NCBI GenBank assembly: GCA_021325695.1
Contig: JAJTCR010000001.1
Coordinates: 1-34,999, forward strand
Length of the DNA stretch: 34,999 nt
Direction: 5' to 3'
Source: Steroidobacteraceae bacterium
GTDB taxonomy: Bacteria > Pseudomonadota > Gammaproteobacteria > Steroidobacterales > Steroidobacteraceae
Shown here: in pieces, positions 12,422 to 23,530 of the stretch
Layout: each line of letters opens with the position of its first letter
Numbering within the stretch: the first letter of the stretch is position 1
Notes under the pieces: model-generated
Seen by the model: only the letters and a program-made list of their open reading frames with translations
What the model was told of the DNA's origin: nothing
The model's database searches: none
Position numbers and translations under genes: made by a program

Positions 12422-12711
12422 AGCGCGTCGAGTTCCGCCTTGCTGTGTGCGTAGACCGTGCACGTGAGCGACAGGTACTTGCCGTTGGAACTCGGGCGCT
12501 CCTCGATCCGGTGCGGCTCGAGCGGTCCAAAGTGCCGGGTGACGATGCCGAGCACCAGGCTGCGAAATTCGTCCGAGGCGCGCCCCATGATCTTGACCGG
12601 AAAATCGGTCGGGAACTTGAACAGCGTGTCCTCGCTGCCTGCAGGCCGGGCACCGTCGCCAGCACGGCCGGTGCTGTCGTCGCGCCTGCTCCCGTCGTCG
12701 TCTCCGCTCAC
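12376..12711 (-). CDS. ybeD: YbeD-like protein (DUF493/UPF0250)
   Basis: [19 protein letters not shown] ... [24 protein letters not shown] matches the YbeD pattern (EFPTPFTYKVMG ...). The GTG start overlaps the dat stop (GTGA). There is an N-terminal D/G/R-rich extension of about 25 aa. Confidence 0.8.
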   Translation of the reverse strand: MSGDDDGSRRDDSTGRAGDGARPAGSEDTLFKFPTDFPVKIMGRASDEFRSLVLGIVTRHFGPLEPHRIEERPSSNGKYLSLTCTVYAHSKAELDALYLELTSCSQVLVAL

Positions 12712-13592
12712 GCGTCCTCCATGGCCGGCCGGCCCGCGATCTCGTCGAGGTGCCGCTGCAGTCGCGCGTACATGTCCTGCCAGCCCGGGCCTGGGACTCC
12801 GGCACCGATCGCGCGGCCGTCGAGCGAAGTGACGGGCAGCACGCCGCGCCCGGCCGATGCGATCCAGACCTCGTCCGCGCGCGCGAGTTCATCCGACGAC
12901 ACGTCGCGGACGTCGCACGGCAACCAGTCCCGCGCGAGTTCGAGCACGGCGTCGCGCGTCGTGCCCGGCAGGATCGAATGACTGTCAGGAGGCGTGGCGA
13001 GGCGCCCTGCGCGCACGACGAAGACCGTGCTCGACGAGCCTTCCGTGACGCGGCCGTCGCGGACGAGGATCGCCTCCGAGCTGCCCCTGTCCTGCGCGTC
13101 CTGGCGCAACAGCACGTTGGCGAGCAGCGCCACCGACTTGATGTCGCAGCGCGCCCAGCGCGTGTCCTCCAGCATCGACGCCGCAAGCCCGCGTTGCAGC
13201 ACCGCGGGCGCCGGCGCGGGGTAGGGGCTCACGTACGCAAAACCCGTCGGGGCCACGCCGTCCGCCGGAAACAGGTGGTTGCGGCCGAATTCGGTGCCGC
13301 GCGTCACCTGCATGTAGACGAGCAACTCCGGTTCGCCGGCGGCCGCGACCAGGCGGTTCGTGACTTCGACCCAGCCTTCGCGCGCCAGCGGTGTGCGCAT
13401 GCGCAGCTCGGCGAGACTTCGCTCGAGGCGCTCGAGGTGCTGGCGCAGCCTGAACGGGCGGCCGCGGTGCACCGGGACGACCTCGTACACGCCGTCTGCG
13501 AACAGGAAACCGCGATCGAGCGGCGACACGCGTGCATCGGCGAGCGGCAGGTACGCGCCATTGAGCCAGCAGGTCGGAAACGGGTCGGCCAT
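12708..13592 (-). CDS. dat: D-amino-acid (D-alanine) aminotransferase, fold-type IV PLP enzyme
   Basis: Motifs DRGFLFADGVYEVV ... QVTRG ... EDTRWARCDIKSVALL ... TEGSSSTVF ... ILPGTTR closely parallel Bacillus Dat. Confidence 0.85.
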   Translation of the reverse strand: MADPFPTCWLNGAYLPLADARVSPLDRGFLFADGVYEVVPVHRGRPFRLRQHLERLERSLAELRMRTPLAREGWVEVTNRLVAAAGEPELLVYMQVTRGTEFGRNHLFPADGVAPTGFAYVSPYPAPAPAVLQRGLAASMLEDTRWARCDIKSVALLANVLLRQDAQDRGSSEAILVRDGRVTEGSSSTVFVVRAGRLATPPDSHSILPGTTRDAVLELARDWLPCDVRDVSSDELARADEVWIASAGRGVLPVTSLDGRAIGAGVPGPGWQDMYARLQRHLDEIAGRPAMEDA

Positions 13593-13605
13593 GTCGCCCG
13601 GCTCG

Positions 13606-14832
13606 TCAGCGGAACATCAGGCGCAGGCTGTCCCAGGTGCGCCCGAAGAAACCCGCCTGCACGACGTCCGTCGCCGGATAGAGGTCATAGGCGGCGACCG
13701 GCGCCCCGTCGACGACGATCCGGGTCTTGCCGACGGCCTTGTTGCTCGACAGCGGCGCCTCGAGCGTCTCCGGCAGCTCGAACTCTGCCTTGACGCTGCC
13801 GACGCGGCCGCGCTGGCTCGTCACGTAGAGGTCGCGCTTGAGCGCCAGCCCGACGTCTTCGTCCTTGCCCTTCCAGACCCGTGCAGTCGTGAGCGGCTGA
13901 CCCGCGGCATAGACGCGCTTGGTCTCGAAGAAGTTGAAGCCGTAGTTGAGCAATGCGGCGCTCGCGTCCTCGCGCGCCCGCATCGAGTCGGTGCCGAGCA
14001 CGACGCTGACCAGGCGCATGCCCTCGCGCTTCGCCGAAGCGATCAGGCAGTAGCCCGCGGTCTCGGTGTGTCCCGTCTTGACGCCATCGACGGTCGAGTC
14101 GCGCCACAGAAGGCCGTTGCGGTTCTGTTGCGTGATGCCGTTCCAGCCGAACTCGCGCTGGGCGTAGAGCTTGTAGTACTCCGGGAACTCGTGGATCAGC
14201 GCGCTCGCCAGCGTCGCGGCATCGCGCGCGCTCATGTAGTGCTCGGGGCCGGGCATGCCGGGCGAATTCGTGAAGTGCGAATTGGTCATGCCGAGCTGCT
14301 TTGCGTAGGTGTTCATCATCTGCACGAAGGTTTCTTCCGTGCCGCCGACTTTCTCGGCGAGCGCGACCGTCGCGTCATTGCCCGACTGCACGATCATGCC
14401 CTGCAGCAGGTCATTGACCGAGACCTGCTTGCCGACCTCGATGAACATGCGCGAGCCTTCCTGTCTCCAGGCACGCTCGCTGATCGTGACCATGTCGTCG
14501 GTCTTGATGCGGCCTTCCTTGAGCGCCTTGAACACCGCATACGCGGTCATCAGCTTGGTGAGGCTCGCCGGCTCCTGGCGTGTATCGGGCTCGAGCGCCG
14601 CGAGCACGCGGCCGCTGTCGTGGTCGATCACGATGAAGCTGCGCGCCTTGAGTTCCGGCGGCGGCGGGACGGCCGTGGTTGCCGACGACGTGGTGGCGGG
14701 CGCCGCCTCGGCGGGTGTCGCGGTCGCGGCCGCGGCGTCCGTGGTCTGCTCGTCGTCGGAGCCGCAACCGGTGAGGGCAAGGCCGAGTCCGGCGGCGAGC
14801 GCCAGCGCGAGGAGGGAATGCTTGAGGGTCAT
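13606..14832 (-). CDS. dacC: D-alanyl-D-alanine carboxypeptidase (PBP5/6 family)
   Basis: The motifs SLTKLMT (SxxK), SGND (SxN) and KTGHT (KTG) are present. A lipobox-like LALTGC occurs in the N-terminal signal. The C-terminal amphipathic tail GFFGRTWDSLRLMFR resembles the E. coli PBP5 anchor. Confidence 0.9.
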   Translation of the reverse strand: MTLKHSLLALALAAGLGLALTGCGSDDEQTTDAAAATATPAEAAPATTSSATTAVPPPPELKARSFIVIDHDSGRVLAALEPDTRQEPASLTKLMTAYAVFKALKEGRIKTDDMVTISERAWRQEGSRMFIEVGKQVSVNDLLQGMIVQSGNDATVALAEKVGGTEETFVQMMNTYAKQLGMTNSHFTNSPGMPGPEHYMSARDAATLASALIHEFPEYYKLYAQREFGWNGITQQNRNGLLWRDSTVDGVKTGHTETAGYCLIASAKREGMRLVSVVLGTDSMRAREDASAALLNYGFNFFETKRVYAAGQPLTTARVWKGKDEDVGLALKRDLYVTSQRGRVGSVKAEFELPETLEAPLSSNKAVGKTRIVVDGAPVAAYDLYPATDVVQAGFFGRTWDSLRLMFR

Positions 14833-14870
14833 GTTCAGCGTCTGGAACCGTTGCGTGAAGTGAAAGGAAA

Positions 14871-15938
14871 TTACCGGGCCGGCCTCGGCGGCGTCGAGGC
14901 CGGCGCCGCGACGGCCGCAGCGAGGGCCTGTGCGAGGTCGGCCACCGCGCTCGCGTACAAGTGACTGCGGTTATACCGCGTAATCGCGTGAAAGTTCGCG
15001 AAGCCCACGCGGTACTCGTTGCCGAAGCCGACCGGGAGCGAGATCACCGTGGCGGGCGTCGCATCGGGCAGCGAGCTGTCGAAACGAATTCCGCGCTTGC
15101 GCAGGGAGCCCACGGTCTCGGGCAAGCCGATCTTGCCGAACTCGAAACCGGCAAGGTCGGCGCCGGTCACGTCGGCCGGCAGCATGACCGGCCGGTCGGC
15201 TTCCCAGCCATGCACCTTCAGGTAGTTGCCGACGCTCGCGAACACGTCCGCCCAGTCGTTCCAGAGATCGCGCACGCCGTCGCCGTCGCCGTCGACCGCC
15301 CACTTGCGGAAACTCGTCGGCATGAACTGCGGAATGCCCATCGCGCCGGCATACGACCCGAGGGGCCCGAGCGGATCGAGCTTTTCCTCGCGCGCCATCA
15401 GCAGGAACTGTTCGAGTTCGCCGCGAAAGAACGGCGAACGCGGCGGATAGTCGAACGCGAGCGTCGCGAGCGCGTCCGCGACGCGGTACCTGCCGACGTT
15501 CTCGCCGTAGAAGGTTTCGACGCCGACGATGGCGAGCAGGACTTCCGCGGGCACGCCGCTCGAGCGCGTCGCCTGCTCGAGTTCGGCGCGGCGCTGCGCG
15601 TGCACGGCGACGCCGCGTGCGATGCGCCGGTCGGTCAGGAACTTGGCGCGGTACTCGGTCCAGGTGAGGGCGCGCTCGGCCGGGCGTGCAATGGCCTGCA
15701 AAATGGCGGGCTTCGACTCGACCTGCGCGAACGTCGCCGCGAGCGGGCCTGGTTCGAACGCGTGTCGGCTCGCGACGTCCGCGATGAACGCGGCGACGTC
15801 CGCGCGACCCGGATCGAGGGCCTGCGCCACGACGAGGCCCGGTGACACACAGGCGGCGAGGGCGGCGAGCGCGAGCGAGACAACGCCGAGGCGGGACGGG
15901 CGATGTGAGGCCCGTCGGAGTGGACGATTCCTTGTCAC
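14871..15938 (-). CDS. mltB: Lytic murein transglycosylase B (lipoprotein)
   Basis: This is the C-terminal 355 codons of track ORF 14871..17252. The lipobox is LAALAAC. MltB blocks are present: VGVETFYG ... GSYAGAMGIPQFMPTSF ... DGDGDG. The GTG start at 15938 overlaps the rodA stop. Confidence 0.85.
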   Translation of the reverse strand: MTRNRPLRRASHRPSRLGVVSLALAALAACVSPGLVVAQALDPGRADVAAFIADVASRHAFEPGPLAATFAQVESKPAILQAIARPAERALTWTEYRAKFLTDRRIARGVAVHAQRRAELEQATRSSGVPAEVLLAIVGVETFYGENVGRYRVADALATLAFDYPPRSPFFRGELEQFLLMAREEKLDPLGPLGSYAGAMGIPQFMPTSFRKWAVDGDGDGVRDLWNDWADVFASVGNYLKVHGWEADRPVMLPADVTGADLAGFEFGKIGLPETVGSLRKRGIRFDSSLPDATPATVISLPVGFGNEYRVGFANFHAITRYNRSHLYASAVADLAQALAAAVAAPASTPPRPAR

Positions 15939-17083
15939 GTGGAGACCAGTTTGCGGCGGGAGTGGACGGACATGAGGATACCGAAGCCTGCCATGAGGGT
16001 CACGAGCGACGTGCCCCCGTAACTGACCAGTGGCAGCGGCACGCCGACGACCGGCAGCAGCCCGGCCACCATGCCGCTGTTGACGAACACGTAGACCGAG
16101 AACGTCAGCGTCAGGCTGCCGGCGATCAGCCGCGAGAACGTGTCCTGTGCCTGCGTCGCGATATAAAGACCGCGGCCGATCACGAGCAGGTAGAGCACCA
16201 TCAGCACGAAACAGCCGACCAGGCCCCACTCCTCGCCGATCACCGCGAAGATGAAGTCGGTCGAGCGCTCCGGCAGGAACTCGAGCTGCGCCTGGCTGCC
16301 GTTCATGTAGCCCTTGCCGAACATGCCGCCCGACCCGATCGCGATCTGCGACTGGATCGTGTGATAACCGGCGCCGAGCGGGTCGGTCTGCGGGTTGAGG
16401 AAGGTGAGCACGCGCTGCTTCTGGTAGCCGTGCAGCAGGAACATCCAGACGACCGGCACCGCGGCGCCCACCAGCACGACGAGGCCGAGGATGTAGCGCA
16501 GCTGCAGGCCGGCGAGCAGGATCACGAGGCCGCCGCCGGCGACGACGAGCAGGGCCGTGCCGAGGTCTGGCTGCTCGGCGATCAGCAGCGTCGGCACCAG
16601 CACGATCATCACGACCGTGACCAGCGTGGTGAAGTCGGGTGGCAACGGCCGCTCGTGCAGGTACCACGCGCAGCAGAGCGGCACCGCGATCTTCATGAGC
16701 TCGGACGGCTGGAAGCGCACGAAGCCGAGGTCGAGCCAGCGCTGCGCACCCATTGCAACGTCGCCGACGAGGGCGACGGCAACCAGCAGCAGCACGCCGA
16801 CGCCGTACAGGAATGGCGCGCCGATGCGCATCACGCGCGGCGGGACCTGTGCCACGAACGCGATCACGCCGAGACCGAGGCCGACCCGCGCGGCCTGGCC
16901 GAGTGCAATGTGCACGTCCTCGCCCGCGGCGCTGAACAGCACGATCAGGCCGGCCGCACACACCGCCAGGACGCTGAGCAGCAGCGGTCCGTCGAGGTGC
17001 AGGGCATCGAGCAGCCGGCCAGTCAGCGTCAGCGTGCGCTGCGCGCGGCTCGAATAGCCGGGGCCGGCGATGTCGGTCCTCAT
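15935..17083 (-). CDS. mrdB: Peptidoglycan glycosyltransferase RodA (SEDS family)
   Basis: A polytopic membrane protein with the motifs RFQPSELMK ... EQPDLGTA ... PERSTDFIFAVIGEEWG ... PLVSYGGTS. The ATG at 17083 overlaps the mrdA stop (ATGA). Confidence 0.9.
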   Translation of the reverse strand: MRTDIAGPGYSSRAQRTLTLTGRLLDALHLDGPLLLSVLAVCAAGLIVLFSAAGEDVHIALGQAARVGLGLGVIAFVAQVPPRVMRIGAPFLYGVGVLLLVAVALVGDVAMGAQRWLDLGFVRFQPSELMKIAVPLCCAWYLHERPLPPDFTTLVTVVMIVLVPTLLIAEQPDLGTALLVVAGGGLVILLAGLQLRYILGLVVLVGAAVPVVWMFLLHGYQKQRVLTFLNPQTDPLGAGYHTIQSQIAIGSGGMFGKGYMNGSQAQLEFLPERSTDFIFAVIGEEWGLVGCFVLMVLYLLVIGRGLYIATQAQDTFSRLIAGSLTLTFSVYVFVNSGMVAGLLPVVGVPLPLVSYGGTSLVTLMAGFGILMSVHSRRKLVST

Positions 17084-19017
17084 TCCTCGCCTCCTGCGGG
17101 CGGCGGTGGCGTCGCGGGCGCGGGAGTCGCCGCGGGTGCCTGGGTGGGCGGCAACAGGTACGCGTCGAACACCTTGCGTGCGATCGGCGCGGCGGTGCCG
17201 CTGCCGCTGCGGCCGTTCTCCACGAGCACGGCCACGGCGAGCTTCGGTGCATCGGCCGGCGCGAACGCGATGAACAGCGCGTGGTCGCGCAACCGCTCGT
17301 TCAGCGCCGCTTCGTTGTATTTCTCGTTCTGGCCGACCGTGAAGACCTGCGCCGTGCCGGTCTTGCCGGCGATCTGGTACGGCGCGCCGGCCTGGGATCG
17401 ATAGGCGGTGCCGCCCGGACTCATCACGCCGACCATGCCGCCGATGATCACGTCCCACGAAGTGGGGTCCTTCACCTTGACCTCCGGCAATTCTCGCGGC
17501 GGGATCTCGCGGACCTGCCCGGTGGTGGAACTGCGCACGGCACGCACCAGTCGTGGGGCGAAGCGCTTACCGCGCGTCGCGACCGTCGCGGCCGCGTGGG
17601 CGAGCTGCAGCGGTGTCGCGAGCATGTAGCCCTGGCCGATGCCTGCGATCACGGTCTCGCCCGGGAACCACACCTGCAGCGCCTTGGTCTTGAAGGCTTT
17701 CTTCTTCCAGGCGCGCGAAGGGACGAGCCCGTCGCGTTCGCCGAGCACGTCGATGCCGGTCGGACTGCCGAGGCCGAACTGCACCAGGAAATCGTGCAGG
17801 CGGTCGATCCCGATCTGGTCCGAGACGCCGTAAAAGTAGGTGTCGCACGACTGTGAAATCGCGCGCTTCATGTCGACGGTGCCGTGGCCGCCGCGCTTCC
17901 AGTCTCGATAACGGTGGCTCGATCCCGGGAATTGCCAGACGCCCCTGCAGAAGCGCGTGTTCTCCGGGACGGTGACGCCGTACTCGAGCGCGGCGAGCGC
18001 GACCAGCGGCTTGATCGTCGAGCCGGGTGGATAGACGCCGCGCAACGCGCGGTCGTAGAGCGGCCGGTCGATGTTGTCCTCGAGCGCACGGTACTCGGGG
18101 ACCGTGAGCCCGCGCGCGAAACCGTTCGGATCGAACGTCGGCGTGCTCACGAACGCGAGCACGTCGCCATTGGCGGGATCGATCGCCACGACGGCCGCGC
18201 GCTGAGTGCCGAGTGCGGCCTCCACCACCCGTTGCAGGTTCGCGTCGATCGACAGCAGCAGGTCGTCGCCCGCGATCGGCTCCTGGCGTTCGAGCGCCGG
18301 CGCACTGACGCCGACGCGGTCGACGCGGCGGCCCTGCGCGTTGACGAGCAGCTGCTGGTAGCCCGTGTCGCCGTGGAGCAGGTCCTCGAAGTTGCGCTCG
18401 ACACCGAGCTTGCCGATCAGCGTCGTGCCGGCATACTTGGCCTCGTCGATCCGCTCCTGGTCCTTCTCGCTGATCGCGCCGACGTAGCCGATCGCGTGCA
18501 CGCCCACGCCGACGTTCGGATAGAAACGAGTGAGCCGCGGGCGGATCTCGACCCCGGGGAAATCGGGCCGGTGCACCGCGAAGCGCGCGAGTTCCTCCTC
18601 GGACAGCTGCAGCCTGACCGGCACGGCGTCGAAGGGACGGCGAGCCAGGATCGCGCGGCGCGTCCGCTCGACCTCCTCGGGGGCGACCAGCTGCAGCTCG
18701 ACCAGCCGCGCGAGCGTGTCGTCGAGGTCCGGTGTCTGCTCGCGCGTGAGCTCGAGCTGGTAGGCCGGCCGGTTGAGCGCGAGCGGCTCGCCGCGGCGGT
18801 CGAGGATCAGGCCGCGCGGCGGGGGAATCGGGTCGATGCGGATCCGGTTGCCCTGCGACAGCTCGCTGAAATAGTCGTGCCGCACGACCTGCAGCCAGAA
18901 CATCCGTGCGAACAGCACGCCGACCAGCAGGAAGATGACCATCGAGGCCGCGACGACGCGACGCCCGAACATGCGCTGCTCGGCGTTGTGGTCCTTGAGC
19001 CGGGAATGCCTTGGCAT
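17080..19017 (-). CDS. mrdA: Penicillin-binding protein 2 (elongasome transpeptidase)
   Basis: A TM anchor is followed by RGLILDRRGEPLA. The motifs STIKP (SxxK), SCD (SxD) and KTGTAQ are present. The start at the ATG 19017 (MPRHSRLKD) lies 13 nt after the mreD stop. The C-terminal tail is Pro/Ala-rich. Confidence 0.9.
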   Translation of the reverse strand: MPRHSRLKDHNAEQRMFGRRVVAASMVIFLLVGVLFARMFWLQVVRHDYFSELSQGNRIRIDPIPPPRGLILDRRGEPLALNRPAYQLELTREQTPDLDDTLARLVELQLVAPEEVERTRRAILARRPFDAVPVRLQLSEEELARFAVHRPDFPGVEIRPRLTRFYPNVGVGVHAIGYVGAISEKDQERIDEAKYAGTTLIGKLGVERNFEDLLHGDTGYQQLLVNAQGRRVDRVGVSAPALERQEPIAGDDLLLSIDANLQRVVEAALGTQRAAVVAIDPANGDVLAFVSTPTFDPNGFARGLTVPEYRALEDNIDRPLYDRALRGVYPPGSTIKPLVALAALEYGVTVPENTRFCRGVWQFPGSSHRYRDWKRGGHGTVDMKRAISQSCDTYFYGVSDQIGIDRLHDFLVQFGLGSPTGIDVLGERDGLVPSRAWKKKAFKTKALQVWFPGETVIAGIGQGYMLATPLQLAHAAATVATRGKRFAPRLVRAVRSSTTGQVREIPPRELPEVKVKDPTSWDVIIGGMVGVMSPGGTAYRSQAGAPYQIAGKTGTAQVFTVGQNEKYNEAALNERLRDHALFIAFAPADAPKLAVAVLVENGRSGSGTAAPIARKVFDAYLLPPTQAPAATPAPATPPPPAGGEE

Positions 19018-19030
19018 GGCCGGCGCGCGC

Positions 19031-19519
19031 TCAGGCGGAGCGGCGCGTGAGCGAGTCGCCCAGGGCGACGACGAGTGGCCAGAGCAGCGCGCCCGAGAAA
19101 ACGGGCAGCCACCGGCCCCAGGCGGTATAGCCGTGGCCGGTGAGGCCATCGATCCAGAAGATCACGAAGTGATACAGCGCCAGCAGCAGCAGGACGATCG
19201 CCGCCTGCTGCAGGATCGGGAACATCCGCATCTGCAGCTGCAGCTTGTGCGTCACGTATCCGACGAGCAGGAAACCGAGCGCGTGCTGGCCGAGCACCAT
19301 GCCGCGCAGCACGTCCAGGAACAGCCCGGACAGCCAGGCGTAGCCGAGGCCCGCGATGCGCGGGCTGGTCAGGATGAAATAGATCATCGCGAGCAGCGCG
19401 AGGTCGGGGCGCACGGGGTCGAGCCACGCGGGCAGCGGGATGATCGCGAGCACGAGGCCGGCGGCCATGCTGAGCCAGTACAGCAGCCGGCGCGCGAACA
19501 TGCTTTGCTGGCGCATCAC
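19031..19519 (-). CDS. mreD: Rod shape-determining protein MreD
   Basis: A small polytopic membrane protein directly after mreC. The start is either the GTG at 19519 (GTGA overlap) or the ATG at 19516 (TGATG overlap). Confidence 0.85.
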   Translation of the reverse strand: MMRQQSMFARRLLYWLSMAAGLVLAIIPLPAWLDPVRPDLALLAMIYFILTSPRIAGLGYAWLSGLFLDVLRGMVLGQHALGFLLVGYVTHKLQLQMRMFPILQQAAIVLLLLALYHFVIFWIDGLTGHGYTAWGRWLPVFSGALLWPLVVALGDSLTRRSA

Positions 19520-20484
19520 TCGCCCCCCGATTCGGGCGGCGCGGGCGGCGGCGTCGACTGGGTGGCCGCCGGCGTTGCACTGCCGGCACTGCCCGGTGCG
19601 CTTGCCTCGGGCGGGGACGCGGCCGCCGCTGGTTCACTTGCGGGCGGCGCCGTGAACCAGACGAGCAGGACCTCGCGCGCGCGGTCGAGTCCGGCCGTCG
19701 GCCGCGCGTCGACCGTCGCGAACATGCTGCCGGCACGCTTGATCCGGGTGACCTGCGCGACCGGATAGCCCGGCGGGAAGACACCGCCCAGGCCGGTGGA
19801 GATCAGCAGGTCGCCGGGTTGCAGGTCCGATTCGACGGTCACGAACGGCAATGAAAGCTTGTTGATGTCGCCGGTCCCGACCGCGATCGTTCGCACGCCG
19901 CTGCGGTTGGACTGCACCGGAATGGCGTGCTCGGCGTCACTGATCAGGATGACTTCGGACGTTGCGGCATTGACCTTGGTGATCTGGCCGAAGATGCCCT
20001 CGCCGTCGAGCACAGCCTGGCCGCGGAACACGCCGTCCACTGCGCCCTTGTCGAGCAGCACGCGGTGCCGGAACGGGTCGAGGTCGACGTTCAGGATCGA
20101 CGCGACCAACGCCTTCTCGGCCACGCCGGCGGTGTTCGCGCGCATGTCGCGCAGCCGGCGGTTCTCCTCCTCGAGCGCCGCGAACCGCTGCAGCTGCAGG
20201 TTCGCGAGCCGCAGTCGCGCGGTGAGTTCGAGCTTCTCCTGCCGGAGCCGTCCGCGGTCCGCGAACGAGCCCGTGACCCAATCCGTCGCGCGAAACGGGA
20301 AGTCGACGGCACGCTGCACCGGGTGCACGACCGCGCTCAGCCACGCGCGCACCTGGTCGATCTGGTGATAGCGCTGGTCCGCCACCATGAGGCCGATCGA
20401 CATGGCCGCGAGCGTCAGGAAATAGGCCGTGAGGGGCGGGCCCCGGCCGATGATCGGTCGCGAGTCGTGCGCTAGTTCGACCAC
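19516..20484 (-). CDS. mreC: Rod shape-determining protein MreC
   Basis: An N-terminal TM is followed by a coiled-coil (LELTARLRLANLQLQRFAALEEENRRL) and a beta domain (TGLGGVFPPGYPVAQV). The C-terminal tail is low-complexity and P/A/S-rich. Confidence 0.9.
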   Translation of the reverse strand: MVELAHDSRPIIGRGPPLTAYFLTLAAMSIGLMVADQRYHQIDQVRAWLSAVVHPVQRAVDFPFRATDWVTGSFADRGRLRQEKLELTARLRLANLQLQRFAALEEENRRLRDMRANTAGVAEKALVASILNVDLDPFRHRVLLDKGAVDGVFRGQAVLDGEGIFGQITKVNAATSEVILISDAEHAIPVQSNRSGVRTIAVGTGDINKLSLPFVTVESDLQPGDLLISTGLGGVFPPGYPVAQVTRIKRAGSMFATVDARPTAGLDRAREVLLVWFTAPPASEPAAAASPPEASAPGSAGSATPAATQSTPPPAPPESGGE

Positions 20485-20505
20485 GGGGGCCGGAACGTGG
20501 GCCGG

Positions 20506-21591
<1,086 letters not shown>

Positions 21592-21687
21592 CTAAATCGC
21601 GGCAATTTAACCACAGTCACGACTTTCGGCAAGGCGGCGTGTATCATTTGCGACCGGCTTTTTTGCTGCCTGATCGAGCTTTTCGAG

Positions 21688-21978
21688 ATGAGCCTGACCC
21701 GCAACCAGGTCGAGGGCATCGCCCGACTTGCCCGCCTCGAGATCACCGAGGCGCAAATGCCAGTGTACGTCGACAGCCTGTCCCGCATCATCGACTTCGT
21801 CGAGCAGCTTGCGGCCGCCGACACCGCCGACGTCGAACCCATGGCGCACCCGCTGGCGCAGCAGGTGCAGCGACTGCGGCCCGACGAGGTGACCGAGACC
21901 GATCGGCGCGACAAGTACCAGCACAATGCACCGAGTGTCGCTGCGGGACTCTACCTCGTGCCGAAGGTCATCGAGTGA
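21688..21978 (+). CDS. gatC: Glu/Asp-tRNA amidotransferase subunit C
   Basis: MSLTRNQVEGIARLARLEITE ... VPKVIE is typical GatC, 96 aa. The upstream in-frame extension from 21553 has low GC3 and was rejected. Confidence 0.9.
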   Translation: MSLTRNQVEGIARLARLEITEAQMPVYVDSLSRIIDFVEQLAAADTADVEPMAHPLAQQVQRLRPDEVTETDRRDKYQHNAPSVAAGLYLVPKVIE

Positions 21979-22062
21979 AGATGCATCCGTGACGGTGCCG
22001 TCCGGGCCCGTCGATGCCGGCGCTGCCGGTCCGCTCCAAGGTTTTTTCCCCGCAGACCCAAC

Positions 22063-23529
22063 ATGCACACCTTGACCGTTTCGGAAATGTCCGCGGGATT
22101 GCGCGCCCGCAAGTTCTCGAGCCTCGAACTCACGCTGCACCTGCTCGGCCGCATCGAGCGGCTCGGGCCCGGACTCAATGCATTCGTGACGGTGACGGCA
22201 GACCGCGCGCTCGCCGACGCGCGCGCCGCGGACGAGCGGAATGCGAAGGGAGACGGCGGTCCGCTGACGGGTGTGCCGGTCGCGCACAAGGACATCTTCT
22301 GCACTGACGGCATTCTCACCACCTGCGCGTCCAGGATGCTGTCGAATTTCGTCGCGCCCTATGACGCGACCGTCGTGCGGAAGTGGCGCGAGGCGGGCAC
22401 CGTGCTGCTCGGCAAGACCAACATGGACGAGTTCGCGATGGGCTCGTCGAACGAGACCTCGTTCTACGGGCCGGTGCGGAACCCGTGGGACCACGCACGG
22501 GTGCCCGGGGGCTCCTCGGGCGGCTCGGCCGCCGCCGTGGCCGCGCGTCTCGCGCCGATCGCGAGCGGGACCGACACCGGCGGCTCCATCCGGCAGCCGG
22601 CGGCGCTCACGAACCTCACCGGCCTCAAGCCGACGTATGGGCGCGTGTCGCGCTACGGCATGGTCGCGTTCGCCTCGAGCCTCGACCAGGCCGGTGTGCT
22701 CGCGCGCTCGGCCGAGGACGCGGCGCTGCTGCTCGAGGCGATGGCGGGGTTCGATCCAAACGACTCGACCAGCGTCGACACGCCGGTGCCGCGCTACACG
22801 GCCGAGCTCAAGCAGCCGCTGCAGGGGCTGCGCATCGGGCTGATCAAGGAGTTCTTCGGCGAAGGCCTCGACCCTGCCGTCGAGCGCTGCGTGCGCGGAG
22901 CGATCGCACTGCTGCAACGGGAAGGCGCCGTCGTCAAGGACGTGAGCCTGCCGAGCCTGCCGTTGTCGGTCCCGACCTATTACGTGGTTGCGCCCGCGGA
23001 GTGCTCATCGAACCTCTCGCGCTTCGACGGCGTGCGGTTCGGCCACCGCTGCGAACAGCCGAAGGACCTGCTCGACCTCTATCGGCGCTCGCGCGGCGAG
23101 GGGTTCGGCGACGAGGTCAAGCGCCGTATCATGACGGGCACGTACGTGCTCTCCGCCGGCTATTACGATGCGTACTACCTCAAGGCACAGAAGTGCCGGG
23201 CGCTGATCGCCGGCGATTTCGCGCGCGCATTCGGCGAGGTCGACGTCGTGCTGAGCCCGACGTCCCCGACCGCGGCCTTCAAGCTCGGTGCGAAGACCAG
23301 CGACCCGATCGCGATGTACCTGAACGACATCTACTCGATCGCGGCGAACCTCGCGGGTTTGCCCGGCATCTCGATCCCGTGCGGCTTCATCAACGACGCC
23401 GGCACGGAGCTGCCGGTCGGGATGCAACTCGTGGGCCCGCACTTCGGCGAGTCGCGGCTGCTGTCCGTCTCGCACCAGTACCAGCTGCGGACGGAATGGC
23501 ACAAGCGCGCGCCGAAGGGCTACGCGTGA
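22063..23529 (+). CDS. gatA: Glu/Asp-tRNA amidotransferase subunit A (amidase signature)
   Basis: The amidase signature [13 protein letters not shown] and the motifs KDIFCT ... [10 protein letters not shown] are present. 488 aa. Confidence 0.95.
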   Translation: MHTLTVSEMSAGLRARKFSSLELTLHLLGRIERLGPGLNAFVTVTADRALADARAADERNAKGDGGPLTGVPVAHKDIFCTDGILTTCASRMLSNFVAPYDATVVRKWREAGTVLLGKTNMDEFAMGSSNETSFYGPVRNPWDHARVPGGSSGGSAAAVAARLAPIASGTDTGGSIRQPAALTNLTGLKPTYGRVSRYGMVAFASSLDQAGVLARSAEDAALLLEAMAGFDPNDSTSVDTPVPRYTAELKQPLQGLRIGLIKEFFGEGLDPAVERCVRGAIALLQREGAVVKDVSLPSLPLSVPTYYVVAPAECSSNLSRFDGVRFGHRCEQPKDLLDLYRRSRGEGFGDEVKRRIMTGTYVLSAGYYDAYYLKAQKCRALIAGDFARAFGEVDVVLSPTSPTAAFKLGAKTSDPIAMYLNDIYSIAANLAGLPGISIPCGFINDAGTELPVGMQLVGPHFGESRLLSVSHQYQLRTEWHKRAPKGYA

Positions 23530-23530
23530 C

